A program made the translations under genes and the position numbers. Source: Callorhinchus milii (taxonomy: Eukaryota). Taken from it: a stretch of DNA of 64,000 bases. Under the pieces are notes generated by a model. The model was given only the letters and a program-made list of their open reading frames with translations, did not search any database and had not been told where the DNA came from. Position 1 is the stretch's first letter. Every line of letters starts with the position of its first letter. Shown here piece after piece: positions 11,465-26,045 of this stretch. Where the stretch lies: NCBI RefSeq assembly GCF_018977255.1, contig NW_024704750.1, forward strand, positions 10,168,001 through 10,232,000, read 5' to 3'.

Positions 11465-12235
11465 AATGATTAGACAAGCTAGGGCTTTTCAGTCCTGAAA
11501 GGAGACATTTCAAAGAGGATCCCATACTATGTTTAGTGACCATATGTCCCCGATTTCCAGGGACAGTCCTCAGATGAGGTATTGTGTCCCTGGCCAAATT
11601 TGCCCTGACCTGAGTTCAGCAACAAACTTGAGCAAGAACAATAACATTCTAAAACAGACACACTCATCAGAGCAATACAGCCATTCATCAACAGTTCTGG
11701 AGTACTGCCAGGATCAGGAAATGTGGTGAGTTAAATTTTTATTTACATGTGTGCCCAGATTTGGCTTACAAATATGTTCAATTTTAAATTAGATTAAAAA
11801 ATAAATCCAGAACAATAATTTAGGATGCACCAATACAGCAGAACAAGAGGACATATATTTAGAGTTGCAAAGGGCAAATTCAGAAGAAACAGCAGGAAGT
11901 GGTTTTACTCAGAGGGTAATGAACAATTGGAATTGGTGGCCAGGAAGGGTGGTTGAGGCCAGGACATTGGATGATGTAATGGGAGGATGGAAAATGAGTG
12001 TCCTGGAAACATGTGATCAGATAAAATGGCCCACCTTCAATCAAACTAATCTTGTGACCTTGAGAAGAAGATCTCCTACATGAGGGAGAAGTGAATAGAA
12101 GAGTATGGTGAGAGGGTAAGGAAAGGGAATTAGGAGAAGTAGGGGCTTATGTGGAGTATAAACACCAGCACCAGCATGGATTAGTTGGCTGAGTGGCCTG
12201 TTTTTAGTGATACACACTATGTAATTCTATGTAAC
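11465..12235 (+). mobile_element. Decayed CR1-type LINE 3' fragments, interrupted by a DNA-transposon-like insert
   Basis: LGLFS/ERR-like coding remnant at 11470-11525, FTQRVMNNWN motif in ORF 11865-12083, CR1-type end TATGTAATTCTATG near 12220-12232. Confidence 0.65.
11532..11784. mobile_element. Probable non-autonomous hAT (Tip100-like) DNA transposon remnant
   Basis: Left end GTGACCATATGTCCCCGATTTCCAGGGACAGTCC and degenerate right end AAATATGTTCA resemble TAGGGTGACCATAT..ATATGGTCACCCTA termini; it splits the CR1 fragment. Confidence 0.5.
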
Positions 12236-12761
12236 AGGCAGTATCAGTCTGATATGGCTCTGTGAGCTGAGCACCTGAAAAATAAGGATCCATACCCAAA
12301 ACGTACAAACGGTTCACTTGCACAGTATATCATAGACTCTACTAAACAACAAAACACTTTACTACTTCAGGGAGATTGCAGAATTCCTCAGATCTCAGTG
12401 TTTTTACCCACAATATCTCGTTGTTCCAAAAAATATATATATTTTAGCCAGTAATCCCTAGACTGTCCAGTGACTTGGGATGTCCTCCTGACACGAAAGG
12501 TGCTTTATAAAAAGTAATTTTGTTATTGTCATTGTAATCTGTCATTTCTGCAATGTTTGTAAAAAGGTAAGAGGTGAAGAGAAGTACTGGCAAAATATGA
12601 ACTACCACCAGTCTAAGGAATACTGGGACTTAATTCTCCGAGATGCTATCCTGCTTGAAGGTTGCTATATAAATGCAAGTTGTATTTTATTAATAAACCA
12701 AACAAAATATTCAAAACGAGCAGTGAAGATTGTTACCTGGTGAAGCAGAATTTTAAATCCT

Positions 12762-13109
12762 GGAGTTCTGTAGCGTAGTGGTTAAAGCATTCGCCTTGCA
12801 AGCGAGAGGACCACGGTCTGATTCCCGGGCAGATGGAAACCTTAGGCAAGTTTTGTTACTCCAAACACCTCTCTTTACCTAGCAGTAAGCAAGAATCTGG
12901 TTGTTAGTCGTTTGGTGGATTGTTTTACGGGGGTAATAATCCCTCCCCAAAAAATAATAATTTGGTCACTCAATCTTCGACTGTTTGTGGGACACTGCTG
13001 TGGGCAATTGTCTGCTGCATTTCGTCCAAAAAATATAGTCAATCCACTGTGAAGCGCTTTGAGATGTCTCGAAGGCTCTATATCAAATGCAAGGATTATT
13101 GTTATTATT
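12762..13109 (+). mobile_element. tRNA-derived SINE, long form, diverged
   Basis: Head GGAGTTCTGTAGCGTAGTGG, internal segment and tail. Confidence 0.85.
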
Positions 13110-15669
13110 TAAAGATATTTGATAAGTTGTCAGTATTAGGCACAAAGATTTGGGGGGTTTACAAAATGGTGTTAAAAAGGGATATATAGTTTGATACTCA
13201 TTGAAGGAAATCGTGATAAAACATTTTACTTGAATTAAATTCAAGTTTTACAAGAAAATGTAAAGACATTTATGAGAAACATGGAAGTAGTTTATGAAGC
13301 AAATTCTCAAATATGTGTGAAGACCAATGTCCATGAATAGTTTCTTTAGTGAAATAGAAAGTGATTCGGAAACTCTTGAGAGCTGTCAGTATCATATTTA
13401 ATATCTGGCTGGGTTCTTACTCTTTGTTGCTGTAATATTTTTAGACAACTGCTCTAAAGGTTCAGATCTCAGGGTGCTTTTATTCCAGAATGCGAGTGAT
13501 TCTGTAACAGTTTCCATTAAATCAATCTACAGTATTGAATTACATCAATTGCACTTACAAAGGTATTTATATCCAACGTGTACTTCTAAGTAATTTTGTA
13601 ATTGGCAGAGACTGGATTCTGGTCCTATGAAAATAATCATGTATGTAGTACAGAATGTTTCTCATTAAAATTTTAATAGTTGGCTGTGTGACTGGTTTAT
13701 TTGGCTTAGTATCATTTTCAAATAAAAGTACTCAGAGTTTACTTGATTTTTAAAAAAACTTGAGAACCTTATCCTGGAGCGAGACAAACAAAAGAAAGTT
13801 TTTTTTTAAAAAGGAGACTGGTGTTTAATGATAGTAACACAATCTCTGATCATGGGAATACTTCAACTATCCAGAAGTCTGTGTATATCTGGATTTCATG
13901 TGGATTCACATACATGCCCAATGACTAAATTACAAGTTGTATCTTTGAAAAAATATCCATATGAGTTGTTTAGTTTTTTCTTGAAATGTTCTAAAGTTTG
14001 TGTAACGTTATGTCTGTAATAATTTAATGTATCTAGAGTTAATAGATACAGTACTTAGGAAGAGAGTAGATAGCTGCGCATCTGTGGTGCTCGATTACAT
14101 GTATATGATTTTTCTAAACCTATCTACAACCTAATGCAGTCTACGGTCTGTACCTACATAATATAACTAAATGCAATGGAACTTGCACAATATGAAGTGA
14201 GAATCTATTGAAATGCATTTCTAACCCCAAATTCGAAACAGAGTCAAACACATTCATGACATTAAGTTCATTTGGGGGGCATGAAACAGATATTGATAAA
14301 GAGAAAGGTTTTCTTTTATCCTGTGCTAGATCCTTTTCTTTGTAGCACATTATTTTCCATGCTCTACTATCACCCTGGTTGGAGAGTAGGAAACCAGAAC
14401 CGTAGTTCAACAAGCCAATAATAAAAAGCATTTACCATAATTAAAACATCCTGGATTGAAAGTCACCTTTCACTTCAGTTGAGGAACCCTTGCTATGTTC
14501 TGTTAATAAATGGACACAAATCATAATAAACTAAACACTTTTACACAGTATACATATGGTTTCTAGGATTCCACTTCAGATTAGATTTAGTCATTATGTC
14601 AATATTCTTTTTCTTTACACCACAATTCAACATTAAGATAACATTAATGCTTTCACATATAATAAAATCTAAACTTTTTATTTTGTATGCTTCCATCTCA
14701 GTTAAAAACTGCAGATTTCTATATTCATATCAATTTTAATCCACAAAATATTTCATACTTGGCATCTAAATTAACAATGTTAATGTTAAAAAATATTAAA
14801 GGTTTAAAAAAAGGTAATTAATGTGGCGAATGCTATATTCTTCTTTTTCATTTTGTGCCAAACACCAGAATGAAGCTGTCTCTGGTCAGGTGCGAAGCGA
14901 AGTTCCCTCTATTCAACCTCACAATTTAGCTAAAGCCAAATCTGAAAAGTACACTGGTGTGACACTACTATTGCTCATAACAGCCATTCTGAGATCTCTC
15001 TGAGAGAGAACACCAGTTTAATGATAGTTAGTGCTATAATATGGGTATCTGTGGATGAACCTAACAATACTGCGAACAAGATTTTGATGTCTGATCTGTT
15101 TTTTGGGGGGTTCCCTCATAGCCAGGAGATTCTTATAGTCTGAATTTAAACTCAGAATTCCCAAACTACCAAAATACAGTGCTATGCTTTTTATTCTCAA
15201 TTTTTTTTGGGTGGGGAGATTAACATACTAATTCACCCTGATTACAAATAATAAACTATTTTGTAAATGCAAAAAGTCAGCAAGTGTTTAATCTCAAGTG
15301 TTAAGCATGGTTAATGGCCATAATGGTTTGCAGGACTGAGGGTTTTCAGAGTCACATTTGACATTAGACTGGATTTTCCCATTATAAACATGCAGAATAT
15401 CTTGCCTGATGTCTCTTGGATTTAGAAAAGAGTTTTTTGCAATCCAAATGTTTATTTTTCAATAAATTGCATTAATGATGTGAATGTTAATGGCATTTTG
15501 TGGGCAGCCTCTTACATGAAGCACACTGGCAGCTGCTGCTGGCACAAAAAACGAATGAGACCACAGAAAATTGAAACAATAGCAGGCGCCGGGATGTGAT
15601 TCAAGGCCATGGTCTCAAGATGGGAACGGATGGCAATCATAAATCACTTGAGTCTTGTGTGAATGGTTC

Positions 15670-15980
15670 ATGTCATCCTTTGGATGAGACGTTAAACCAA
15701 GGTCCGGCCTGCCTGTTCAGGTGGACGCTAAAGAGCCCATGGAACTATTCGAAAAGAGAAGGGAGTTTCTCCCAGTGTCCTGGCCAACAAAATCCCTCAA
15801 ATAAAATTTATCATTTACTCCATGGCTGTTTGTGGGATGTCGCTGTGTTCAACTGGCTACTGCCTTTCGCCCACAAAATCTAAAGTCACTGCACTTTATA
15901 ATGTATCCTGTGAAGTGCTTTGAGACATCTCAATGGAATAAGGCACTATATCAAATGCAAGAATTATTTTTATTATTATT
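15670..15980 (+). mobile_element. Deu-domain SINE (SacSINE1/AmnSINE-like), headless
   Basis: GGATGAGACGTTAAACCAAGG..CCTGTTCAGGTGGACG..AAAGAGCCCATGG..CTATTCGAA..GGGAGTTTCTCCC..GTGTCCTGGCCAA core, followed by the same tail as the other SINEs. Confidence 0.8.
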
Positions 15981-17285
15981 TGAACGTTTCTATTAAATTA
16001 CTGTCCTACTCTTCTTCCCAGGTACCCATCATTCACTACATTTACTGAATATACTAAAATCCTGATAAACCAATGATCATCAGATCGCATTCATGGTGTT
16101 TTATTTTTCTCAAAGGTGAAACCTTCTTTTGAATATTAGGACTTTAATGTCCAATTGCAGTGCCAGTCAGCAAGGCACAAAAAGGGCAAATAGAATTAAT
16201 TCTTCTTGTAAACTTTCATAATAAGCAAACTGAGAGCATACGTTTTATACTCTGGCATCATTGTAATGTTCTTAGACTAACATGTACAGTTTTGGGGTCG
16301 GGGGATATATTTGGATTTGTAATTTAGTGGCTATCTTATCAGTAGTCAACCTGTAAAGAATTATTGGTATTAATTTGCAGCTAATTAACAGGATATTGTA
16401 AATTCAAATTGGATTATACTGCAGTTTATTCTATTTCCATGGAGAATATCAGTGTAAGTAACCATAATAGATCAAGGTTTTGCAGCATAGTGAAAAAGTG
16501 ACAGTGCAATTAGGCTTCAAACTGATGTTAAGTTACAAAAAAGCACTCAATCCCAAACTATGTATTAGAAATGGAACTTGTCATCTTTAGCAGTGTAATA
16601 TGATTGATATATCCAGTGTTAAGCACTTTTGAGATTTTTCATTCTATGTGAAACACACTCTATAAATGCAAGGGGTTGTGTAATTCAGATGCCTGGAGAG
16701 CATTTTCATAGGGAAGAAGAAAAATAAACAGGTTAAGAGGCAGAGCTGGTCTATTGAGACACAAGGATATCTACATAACCATAGCATTATTATTTAGCTT
16801 AATCAAAATGCTGCTTGAAAATGCAAATTACTTTGCTTGTTTCAGGACACAATTTTCTGAGTATATGGTCTCCCTTCTTACAGCATCATCCTCAGCAATT
16901 AGAAGATGATTCATAGGCACAAATTCTTCCAATGGACCTTCGTCTTTCCCCTCCACTCCCTCACTAGGATTACCCAGCACACCAGGCTTGCTCTGTTACA
17001 CCCTAAATGGCAGCCTCTTGGCTCTTGGACAAACAAGTTTCCTGGTTAATGAAGGAAATAAAAATCCCTTTTCTGATTGCTATCCAGTGACTCATGCTGA
17101 AAAATCTATACAAATGGTTATTTTGGGCAAGGACATAATTAAGTGAAATTCCTGGCCCCTCCCCCATCCATCTTATGCCTGAATATTCTATTGAAATTTG
17201 TAGTGTCGATTTACCCATGAAAATGATCATGTGAGTGAGGTATTGGAGGCTTTACTGTAGCTGCACAACCTGTACTCCAGGGAAA

Positions 17286-17774
17286 TTCTTGCATTTGATA
17301 TAGCGTCTTATCACGCCGTTGAGATGTCTCAAAGCAAAAGTGAATTGACTGTAATATTTAGTGGACAAAACGTGACAGCCAGTTGCGCACAGCAGTGTCC
17401 CACAAACAGTTGTGGATTGAGTGATCAAATTATTATTATTGAGGCAAACTGCAAGCCTCTTCAAATCAATGGCCAGATTGTGTCAGTGCCTGACAGGCTT
17501 ATGTCAGTACTGAAGTGCTTTCCTGTATTTTGAACCAGCAGCCAATTGCACACATTAGTGTACCACAAACAGTCGTGGATTGAGTGATCAATTTTTTTGG
17601 AGGGGAGGGATTATTCCCCCAGAAAGCGATCCGCCAATCAAATAACAACAGGGTTCCAATTTCTGCTAGGTAAATAGTGGTGGGGGGGTAAAGAAACTTG
17701 CCTAAGGTTTCGCCCCGCCCAGGAATCGAACCCAGTTCCTTTTGCTTGTGCTAACCGCTATGCTACTGGACTCC
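17286..17774 (-). mobile_element. Long-form SINE in two pieces (17286-17440 tail part; 17536-17774 head part)
   Basis: Reverse-complement tail and head, with about 55 bp of body present in both pieces. Confidence 0.8.
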
Positions 17775-18306
17775 ACAGGGTATTGTACAAAAATAAAATT
17801 GTTATGCAATTGGAAGGAGCCATCTTGCACGTAGCTCTCAGCTCCACAAAACCTAAAAGGCTGAGAGCTCAACCACCGTCCAAAGTTTCCAAGCTATCTC
17901 AAAACCTCATAGCATCTGAAAGCAGCCAATAACCCAGCATCCCTCCAGTCATAGCAAACCCTATTAAACTCTGCTGGTCTGCTTCCCTCCACAATACAAA
18001 ACTATTGTCCCCACCCACCCCCGCCCCCCCACACACAGAAACCACTGTGTTCTGTTGTTCGATTCCTTTAAGGTTTCCCTTTAACCCAGTCACAAGTCAT
18101 CGAGAGGAATTCATTGTGCTGGTGAAGATGAAGACCTGTTTTTCCCTTCCTGCCCCACCCCACCCCCCCAAAAAAAGTGGGCAGTAGGTTCAGAATCTGG
18201 CTCAGATCTCCTTAACTGGTCACCAGTAATGTCCTACAGTCAGGACACTTACTCCATGGCTGTTTGTGGGACATGACATGACACAGTCTCCCCACTTTAC
18301 GATACG

Positions 18307-18845
18307 TAGATTCATAGAATTATACAGCACAGAAAGAGGTCATTCGGCCCATCGTATCTGTGCCGGTTCTTTGAAAAGAGCTTCCAAATGAATCCCACTC
18401 CCCCGCTCTCTCCCCATAGCCCTGCAAACTTGTCCTCCCAAATAATTATCTACTTCTCTCTTAAAAGTTGTTGTCGAATCATCTTCCACCAGCCTTTCAG
18501 GCATTGCATTCCAGATTCAAACAACTCGCTGTGTGGGGAAAAAAATCGCCTCACCTCTCCTGATAACTGAAGTCCCTCATTCCTGGTACCATCCTGGTCA
18601 ATCTGCTTTGCAACCTCTCCAATGCCTTGACATCCTTCCTAAAGTGTGGTGCCCAGAACTGAACAGTCTCTGAGGCCTCACCAGTGTTTTATATAAAGGT
18701 TCATCATAACTTCCTGACTTTTGTATTCTATGTCCCTATTTATAAAGCCTGGTATCCCGGATGCTTTTTTAACTATCTGCCTGTCCTGCCACCTTCAAAC
18801 ATTTACTATATGACCCCCAGGTCTCTCTGTCCCTTCACTCCCTTT
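18307..18845 (-). mobile_element. CR1 LINE 3' fragment, internally deleted
   Basis: Reverse complement matches the CR1 3' UTR at 54230-54307 and its coding region (CCTCTCCAATGCCTTGACATCCTTCCTAAAGTGTGGTGCCCAGAACTG). Confidence 0.85.
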
Positions 18846-18871
18846 AAGATTGTAACGTCAGCTTACATTGT

Positions 18872-19194
18872 GGAGTCCTGTAGCTCAGTGGTTAGAGCAC
18901 TCGCTTTGCAAGTGAGAGACCTGAGTTCAATTCCAGGCAGAGGGTGAAACCTTGGGCAAGTTTCCTTACTCCACACAGAGCCTAATAATAATCCTCCAAA
19001 ACAAAACAATAATAAATTGGTCATTTTCAATCTACGACTGTTTGTGGGACATTGCTGTGCGCAATTGGCTGCCGCGTTCGCCCACAAATATACAGTCAAT
19101 TCACTTTACAGTGTGTTCTGTGAAGCGCTTTGGGACGTCCTCCCGACGTGAAAAGCGCTATATCAAATGCAAGGATTATTATTATTATTATTAT
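18872..19194 (+). mobile_element. tRNA-Ala-derived SINE, short young form, full length
   Basis: Near-identical to 1955-2276. Confidence 0.92.
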
Positions 19195-22100
19195 CATGAC
19201 ATTGTTACTTAGAAGTGAGGTGATGATATAGTATATTTGCCATGTTTTATGTTTTTAAACTCTTCAAAACTAGGACTTTTAAACAAAGAATACGCCACCT
19301 TTATATAGCAGTGGTGGTCCTTCTTTTAATATAGGTAACAACGAAAGAACTTGCATTTTTATAGTGCTTTATCACTGTCGAAATGTTTCAAAGCACTTTA
19401 CAAATAATTACTGGCAAGTGTTTTGATTGCTTGTGTTGGAAAACGCACCAACCACTTACTGTACACCAAGATCCCAGAAACAGCCACCAGATGAAAAACA
19501 ATTTTTTTGAAGGATTATTGGCTAGGACACCAAGAGAAACTCCCTGCTCCTTTCGAAAGAAGCTAAGCTATTTACTGCACCACATTGCTGTGGGAAACCC
19601 TGGCTCTTGAAATCATTACATACAGTCTAGGATTTTGAATGGATCTGTTTGGAAAGAATGGAAGCCACTATTGTAACAGGATCTATAGCAGTGCAAATGA
19701 TAATTAAACCAGAGAATGAATCCTCTCAAAGCGAAAGCATTAGTGTGATTGATGGTGAATGTAGTTCAAAGTGCTTGTTCAACTGCTCGATAAAGTCTGT
19801 CTTTTCTTCATTTGCCCTTCTCTTCCATTGCATTGTATCATTTTCAATACAAGGACCCCAATCAAAGTATAAACTTGGTGTGTTGCAACAGTCAATTGCA
19901 ATACAGTACTTATCTGCATTCTAACTGCTTCGCAATAGAATGCCACTTTTTTGTTTGCATACAGTGACATTTTCTGATACGGGAAACTGGCCCCACACAA
20001 AAAAATATAGGAGAAAAATAGCGGGGAAATAAGAATATTCATTTCCGAAATTTGTTCCTCAATCATTTGGCAACGAGGTTTCATTTTTGCGGGAGTACAT
20101 TTTAAATCAAGTCAGAAAATAGGAGTAAACCATCTCTTCCAACCAGGCAGAATGTTATGGTATGGGATCCTCTGGCCAATACAGTATCTCCTTAGGAAGT
20201 GTAAGTGTCACACTGGTGCAGTAGAGGGTGCTGTTAAGCATGTGTCAAGGTTGAGACACAGTGTAGGGCCAAAGCAGAGGGTGCTTTTCTCTGGTAATGG
20301 GTCTCATATGCATGAGCTGGGAATGTTTAACATTGTTACAGGTTGCAAAATGTCATTGCTGTTCAGTTCCTGGTTGTCTCTGATTTTTCTAGCACAAAAT
20401 TCACATCCAAAATATAGACATTGATCTGTATGTTCCTCCTTTGAAACTGACTGTAAGGAATGTACTGCACCGAGTAAGTGAATAAGCATATACGTTATTC
20501 TTATTTTTAGGGACAGGCATTATTCTATCCATATTTCAGAAAGCACAAGGGGACAAATAATTACAAACAAATGATTTCCCATCATAACCTAATGCTGCAT
20601 GATATTAGGTAAAATCATATTAATCTGTAGAATTTATATCAGTCAATAAAGAAAACTTTTGGGAACTGTCCAATATTTGGGATTAGCAAAGCGTTTCAGA
20701 AAATTTGTACTCCGTTAAAGAAATAGCTTTATTAAGGTTATGTACTATATGTTTCGAGCCTCATAGCCACATCTGAAAAACTGTTCTGTACAAACACTGA
20801 CAAGTCCTCCTGGGTTTGCGAAACCTTTGAAACACAGAGTTAAGTAAAAAGGTTCAGATTGTACAGGTTTGAAAAACAGAAAAAGAAGTTGCTGTTTTTG
20901 ACAGAAAATAGCCAAGATGCACAAATTCAACCTAATGAACACATCCAGAAAGATGCTAAGTGAAATGAAATTGTAAAACAAACAATCTGAGAGATTACAG
21001 AATCAACAGCACAGTGAGGTCTTTAGGTAATAATTGAAGACAAATATCAAGAGAACAGAGAATCAAGAGGCATGAAAGATTTGAGGGGTGAGAGCTACAG
21101 ATTTGGAGACCTTTGTAGGAATTTACACAAACTCACAGGTTTGGGATTTCTGACAGTTAAGTTCTGTACAAGAAGCACAGATCAAGTTGATATAATACTT
21201 TTAAGACTTATTAGTAAAGTTACCTTTGTATTTACTTTTATTCCTTTTCACTTGACCTTCAAGAATCGAGATGTCAGAAATTACACTGTGACTTTCCCAC
21301 TGGGACAGACAGGAATAGCAAACCGTGCCAGAAATATACAATACAAGTATTGCTACTTACTGCAGGAGTATACGTTATGAATAATATTCCCCTGAAACAG
21401 AATTTCTTCAATTCAGTGAAAATACCATGCTGAAAAATAAGTAAATAAACCGAATATGACTGTGTGATTGGATTGACAAAGTATGCATTTGTAATGATAG
21501 AAGACATTTCAGTAACTAGTAGGCAATATGGTAAATTATCCTCAGGTCCTTCCTAATAAACACAGCTGTCTTGAGTATAATCAAGAGATTCACAGTAATT
21601 CACCCTGCAAAACATTGATCACACAGCAGTTTGAGTGCTCTCGCTTCTGTATATTAAATGATTTGACTCAGAAACCAGTAATAAAATGCTGCAGGACAAA
21701 AACTGAAACATTTCACAAATCTTAGCATTCAAACAGGTTTTGTGAAGTCTGTAAAAATTATATATAATGTGGAAACGCTACGATAAGTACAACATGGGTA
21801 CATTGTGGTAATGTTATTTTTAATATGAAGGTATCTTCTGTACATAAACAGCCCAATCACTCATCTAATATAACACAGTACACATCCGAGGCCTTTAATA
21901 ATTCACACTATATATAATCTGCAGAAAATTCCCTAAATTAACTATTTCCTTCTGCCTCATCATTATGAAACAATAGAGTACTTATTTTCACCCCACCACC
22001 CTCCTCCCACCCCATAAGCATTTCCTCACAAGGAAGAGGGGGAAGAGAAAATTGAAATTTGAACATAACTTAACCCAGATAGCTTTTACATGACCCAAGA

Positions 22101-23350
22101 TGTAGTGGAGGGTGTAGTGGAACTAACAAAACAACAGTCAGCGGGGAGTCTGGCCATGAATCTAATTGAGGGAAAGTAAAGGGAAAAAATGACAAAACCA
22201 AGTGCAGGCTTAAAAACCTGGCAGCCAAAGCAAGAACAGAAGAAACCCCATCAAACTTGTAGTATGAGGAAATGTCATGATGGAAAATTGTGAACTGATA
22301 AGCTAGGCAATTATTAAAATGAAAAATGATTCCCTTTGGAAAAATTAAGTTGGCCAGTGTATCTTTTGGGTAATGACATAATATCATGTTTCAGATAATT
22401 AGGTAAACTGCTTTTGATGGAAATGTTATACCTCATTCCTAGATATTAAGATGTACATAACTCCCAAACAATAGAAAACACAGAGACTAATAATTATATT
22501 GTGTAGTGGATTCACAAGGTAGTAGAGTGATCATGAAATGGAATATGTCTCAATTGTAGAAGTAGCATATGAAAAATAGCTTCACTAGTGAGGCTGAAAG
22601 ACAACCTCATGAATCATAAAATCTTATTTAAGTTACAATGAGCTTCAACACTAGAAATTCCAGTGTATTTTTCGCATGCCAAAAGTACAATTCTACCTCT
22701 CTCCTAAATCTCACCCTTCCGCTCCTGAACACAGTGGCTCGCACAGTGGAGTATTGTCCCATAATCCCAGCAGTTCTCCAGCACCATGTCCTAGTAGCTT
22801 TTCCTCATATACGAACCTGGATGCTGTTTTTAAAGTAGAGGCATATCACATCTGAGACGAATACAATCATTACTCAATGTCCAACCATGAGATCAGGGAT
22901 TGGATAGTAATAATAATAAACCTTACATTTCACGTCTCAAAGCACTTCACATTGGATATACCGTAAAGTCGAATGACTGTATTATGTGGGTTGAAGGTTT
23001 GATAATTCTGTGGACCCGTTCTTAGCTACATCTTAGCTACAGAAAACTTAAATTTACGGGTGCTTAAAATTGTACTGTGCCATTTGCCATGGTTCAGCAG
23101 ATCACCTACAGAAAATACAAGTTCACCTTGAGTACAATGAAATCAAAGCAACTTGTATTGAATCCCTCCCCGCCCCCGTTACAAATAATGTAGAAATAGT
23201 GACTGGCATATTGGTTTAAATTGAAAACCTTATGGGCCTTAGACACCCTTGGCTGGGGTCAACTTGAACAATTTTAGGACATCTGAAATTACATTTTCTT
23301 CAGAGTACATGAAAATATGTTACCTTTAACCCATAGGTAGGCTTATGGGT

Positions 23351-23662
23351 GGAGTCCTGTAGCTCAGGTTAGAGCACTCGCTTTGCAAGCGAGAGACCCG
23401 AGTTCAATTCCAGGCAGAGGGCGAAACCTTGGGCAAGTTTCCTTACTCCACACGCCTAATAATAATCCCTCCAAAAAACAATAATAAATTGGTCATTTTC
23501 AATCTACGACTGTTTGTGGGACATTGCTGTGTGCAATTGGCTGCCGCGTTCGCCCACAAACATACAGTCAATTCACTTTACAGTGTGTTCTGTGAAGCGC
23601 TTTGGGACGTCCTCCCGACGTGAAAAGCGCTATATCAAATGCAAGGATTATTATTATTATTA
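23351..23662 (+). mobile_element. tRNA-Ala-derived SINE, short young form
   Basis: Near-identical body; small deletion in the A box (GCTCAGGTT). Confidence 0.92.
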
Positions 23663-23923
23663 CGTTATTAATATTTATGACAACTATAAGATGAAGATTC
23701 CTTGTTATTGTGTTTACAACAGCACTCGATTTTATTTTAAAAAAGAAACATTTCCAGTCTGTCTGTAATGAGCTTTGAGAGCAACATCCTAAATGAAAGA
23801 TAGTGTATAAGTGCAAGATGTTGTTATTGATAATAAAAGAAAAAGAAAATATAGATAGATTAACCGCCTGCCTCTGTTCAGCGTAGCCCTGCTATACAAC
23901 ACTGGTTCTCTTATAGATACACT

Positions 23924-24118
23924 ACAACAACAAAATTACATCGGGAGGAAGTCCCAAAAGCGCTGAACAGTCAGGTGTCAGGGCCTGAGCATGGGGGAGG
24001 GGTGGTATAGTGGTAAGGGAAGGCAAAGAGGCTGGAGGGCGACCAAAGGCATGATCGAAGAGAAGGGTCTGGAGACCGGCCTTGAAGGAGGCAAGGAAGG
24101 AAGCGAGGCGAAGGGACA
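23924..24118 (-). mobile_element. L2 LINE extreme 3' fragment
   Basis: ORF 23922-24119 LRLASFLASFKAGLQTLLFDHAF matches the L2 ORF2 C-terminus seen at 56600-56854; (CAA)n tail. Confidence 0.82.
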
Positions 24119-24409
24119 CTGATGCATAAATGGGTAGGATTCAGTGGTAATTTCATAAAATAAATAATGTTTTCAGTGTTTCTTGAGCATAACACACAGG
24201 GGTAGCACACAGAAAATGACATCTGATAACCGAATGACCTGGAATGCAGTAGGTTTTTAGATTTCATTTTAATTTGGGATCTAAGTTTAGTTCCAGTCAA
24301 TACATTACAGTAATAACAGTCCATGTGCACAATGTTAGCTGAATGTATTGAATTGTACTCATTTTAAATAGACAACAATATAATGAGAAACACACGATAA
24401 AAAGACTGA

Positions 24410-24570
24410 TGACTGCTGTGCATCGGGGAAAGAGTTTGCATTCCATTCCAGACATAGGGAAATTTCCCTGTCTAGGTGGCAATACACATGTGAAACTCTC
24501 AGTCTGATTTGAATATTATTAACCATAGTGCTGGGTTTCCGCATGTGTCAGACACCCAGGTGACTAAAAG
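24410..24570. repeat. Dispersed repeat of unknown class, copy 1
   Basis: Reverse-complement similarity to 42505-42655 (CCATTCCAGACATAGGGAAATTTCC..TAGGTGGCA..TGTGTCAGACACC). Confidence 0.7.
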
Positions 24571-26045
24571 AAAATTCATGATTAGAGTCCAATTCAATAA
24601 CAAAATTTTACGTCGGAAGAGTTAAACTGTACCATCTGAAAACTGGTAGCATTTGAGATTTTGTGCATCTAGGGAAAGAGCAGAACGGAATTTTTCTCCT
24701 TCCTCTTCAAGGGGACACATTATAAAACTGGGGGCGGGGGAGAAATCTGTGGTAATGTATTTTTATCAATAGACCCGAGATGATTCAGATTTGCATTTGT
24801 TTGGCAGATTAATTACTGAATTGTTTTTTCCATACACCTCAGCCATCGTATTTCCTTGATCTTAATGTAAGACACCTTAATTGTATATTCAGATTAGATT
24901 TCCAAAGTAAATTCCCCTTTACAAATGAAATATTATAAATACTTGTTACGCAGCCAAAGAAATATAAATGTCAACAGGTTCAGTCAATTTCGATTGTCTT
25001 TCTAAATTCATCTTTCCCCTCCTGACTCAATGGGTACATGTGTGGCATGGGGCAACAACAGCCAGAATAACTTGCATTGATAGAATGCCTACCATGTGAA
25101 AGAAAGGTTTCAGATAGTTGTACAGAATGTCACTAATTAGAAATGCAATTAATGTTGTTACATGGACATAATCCGGCATCTAATTCACACCTTTAAGCCA
25201 CACACATATATGTTGAAAGCGAGTTGCTAAATATAGCAGTGAATGGAATATCCCCCATGATTTTATTCTTTTAACGAAAGTTCATTGACATTTAGGATGT
25301 GGTCCCACTGTTTATACACGGGTTTATATGCATTGCCATTATTTATTACGTGGGCATGGCAAGCTGCTCAAAATAATACAGCATTCAGCCCACAACCTGA
25401 ATCAGGTAAAAGAGTGACATTAAATAAAATGGAAAGTTTGTGTCACTCTCAAAGTAAATTACCAAGAGTTGTTTACCTTCAAGCACAAAATGGGTGAAGA
25501 ATGTCAATCTGTTTTGCATAAATGTCCACTCAATACTATTTTCAAAATTTCCCCTGTATTTGTGGATTGCCTGGAACTCAAAAGATCAATCCATCATCAG
25601 TACAAATGAAAATGAAACATACCAAGTATCCCAATGTATTTTTGGTTAGATAATGATCTTTGATTGTTTGAATTGACTCAGGATATAATCGTGGAATATA
25701 ATCAACAAATTAGCCAACTCAGTGCCTTTGTTATTTATTTTAGACATGCACCTCAGTTGCTCCCTCCCAAAAGTCTAAGCCTCATGTTGGGACATGGTTC
25801 ATAGATACTGGGTGACTTTTAGTACCTCAGTCCAAAATCCAGTTATCACATCAAGTCCGATCATAATTGCGTTCAGGCACATTCTTGCAAGTGTGACAGA
25901 CAGTAATCGGAGGCCAAATTCCACCTTGTTTTAGCCAGTAAGACAATTTTTCCTTCACATTTAAGAAGATCATGTAGAATTGTGGATAATTCTTAAATTC
26001 AGCATTAATTTTGGAAATTGTTTTTCTGCTTCCATTTTCTTCAGT

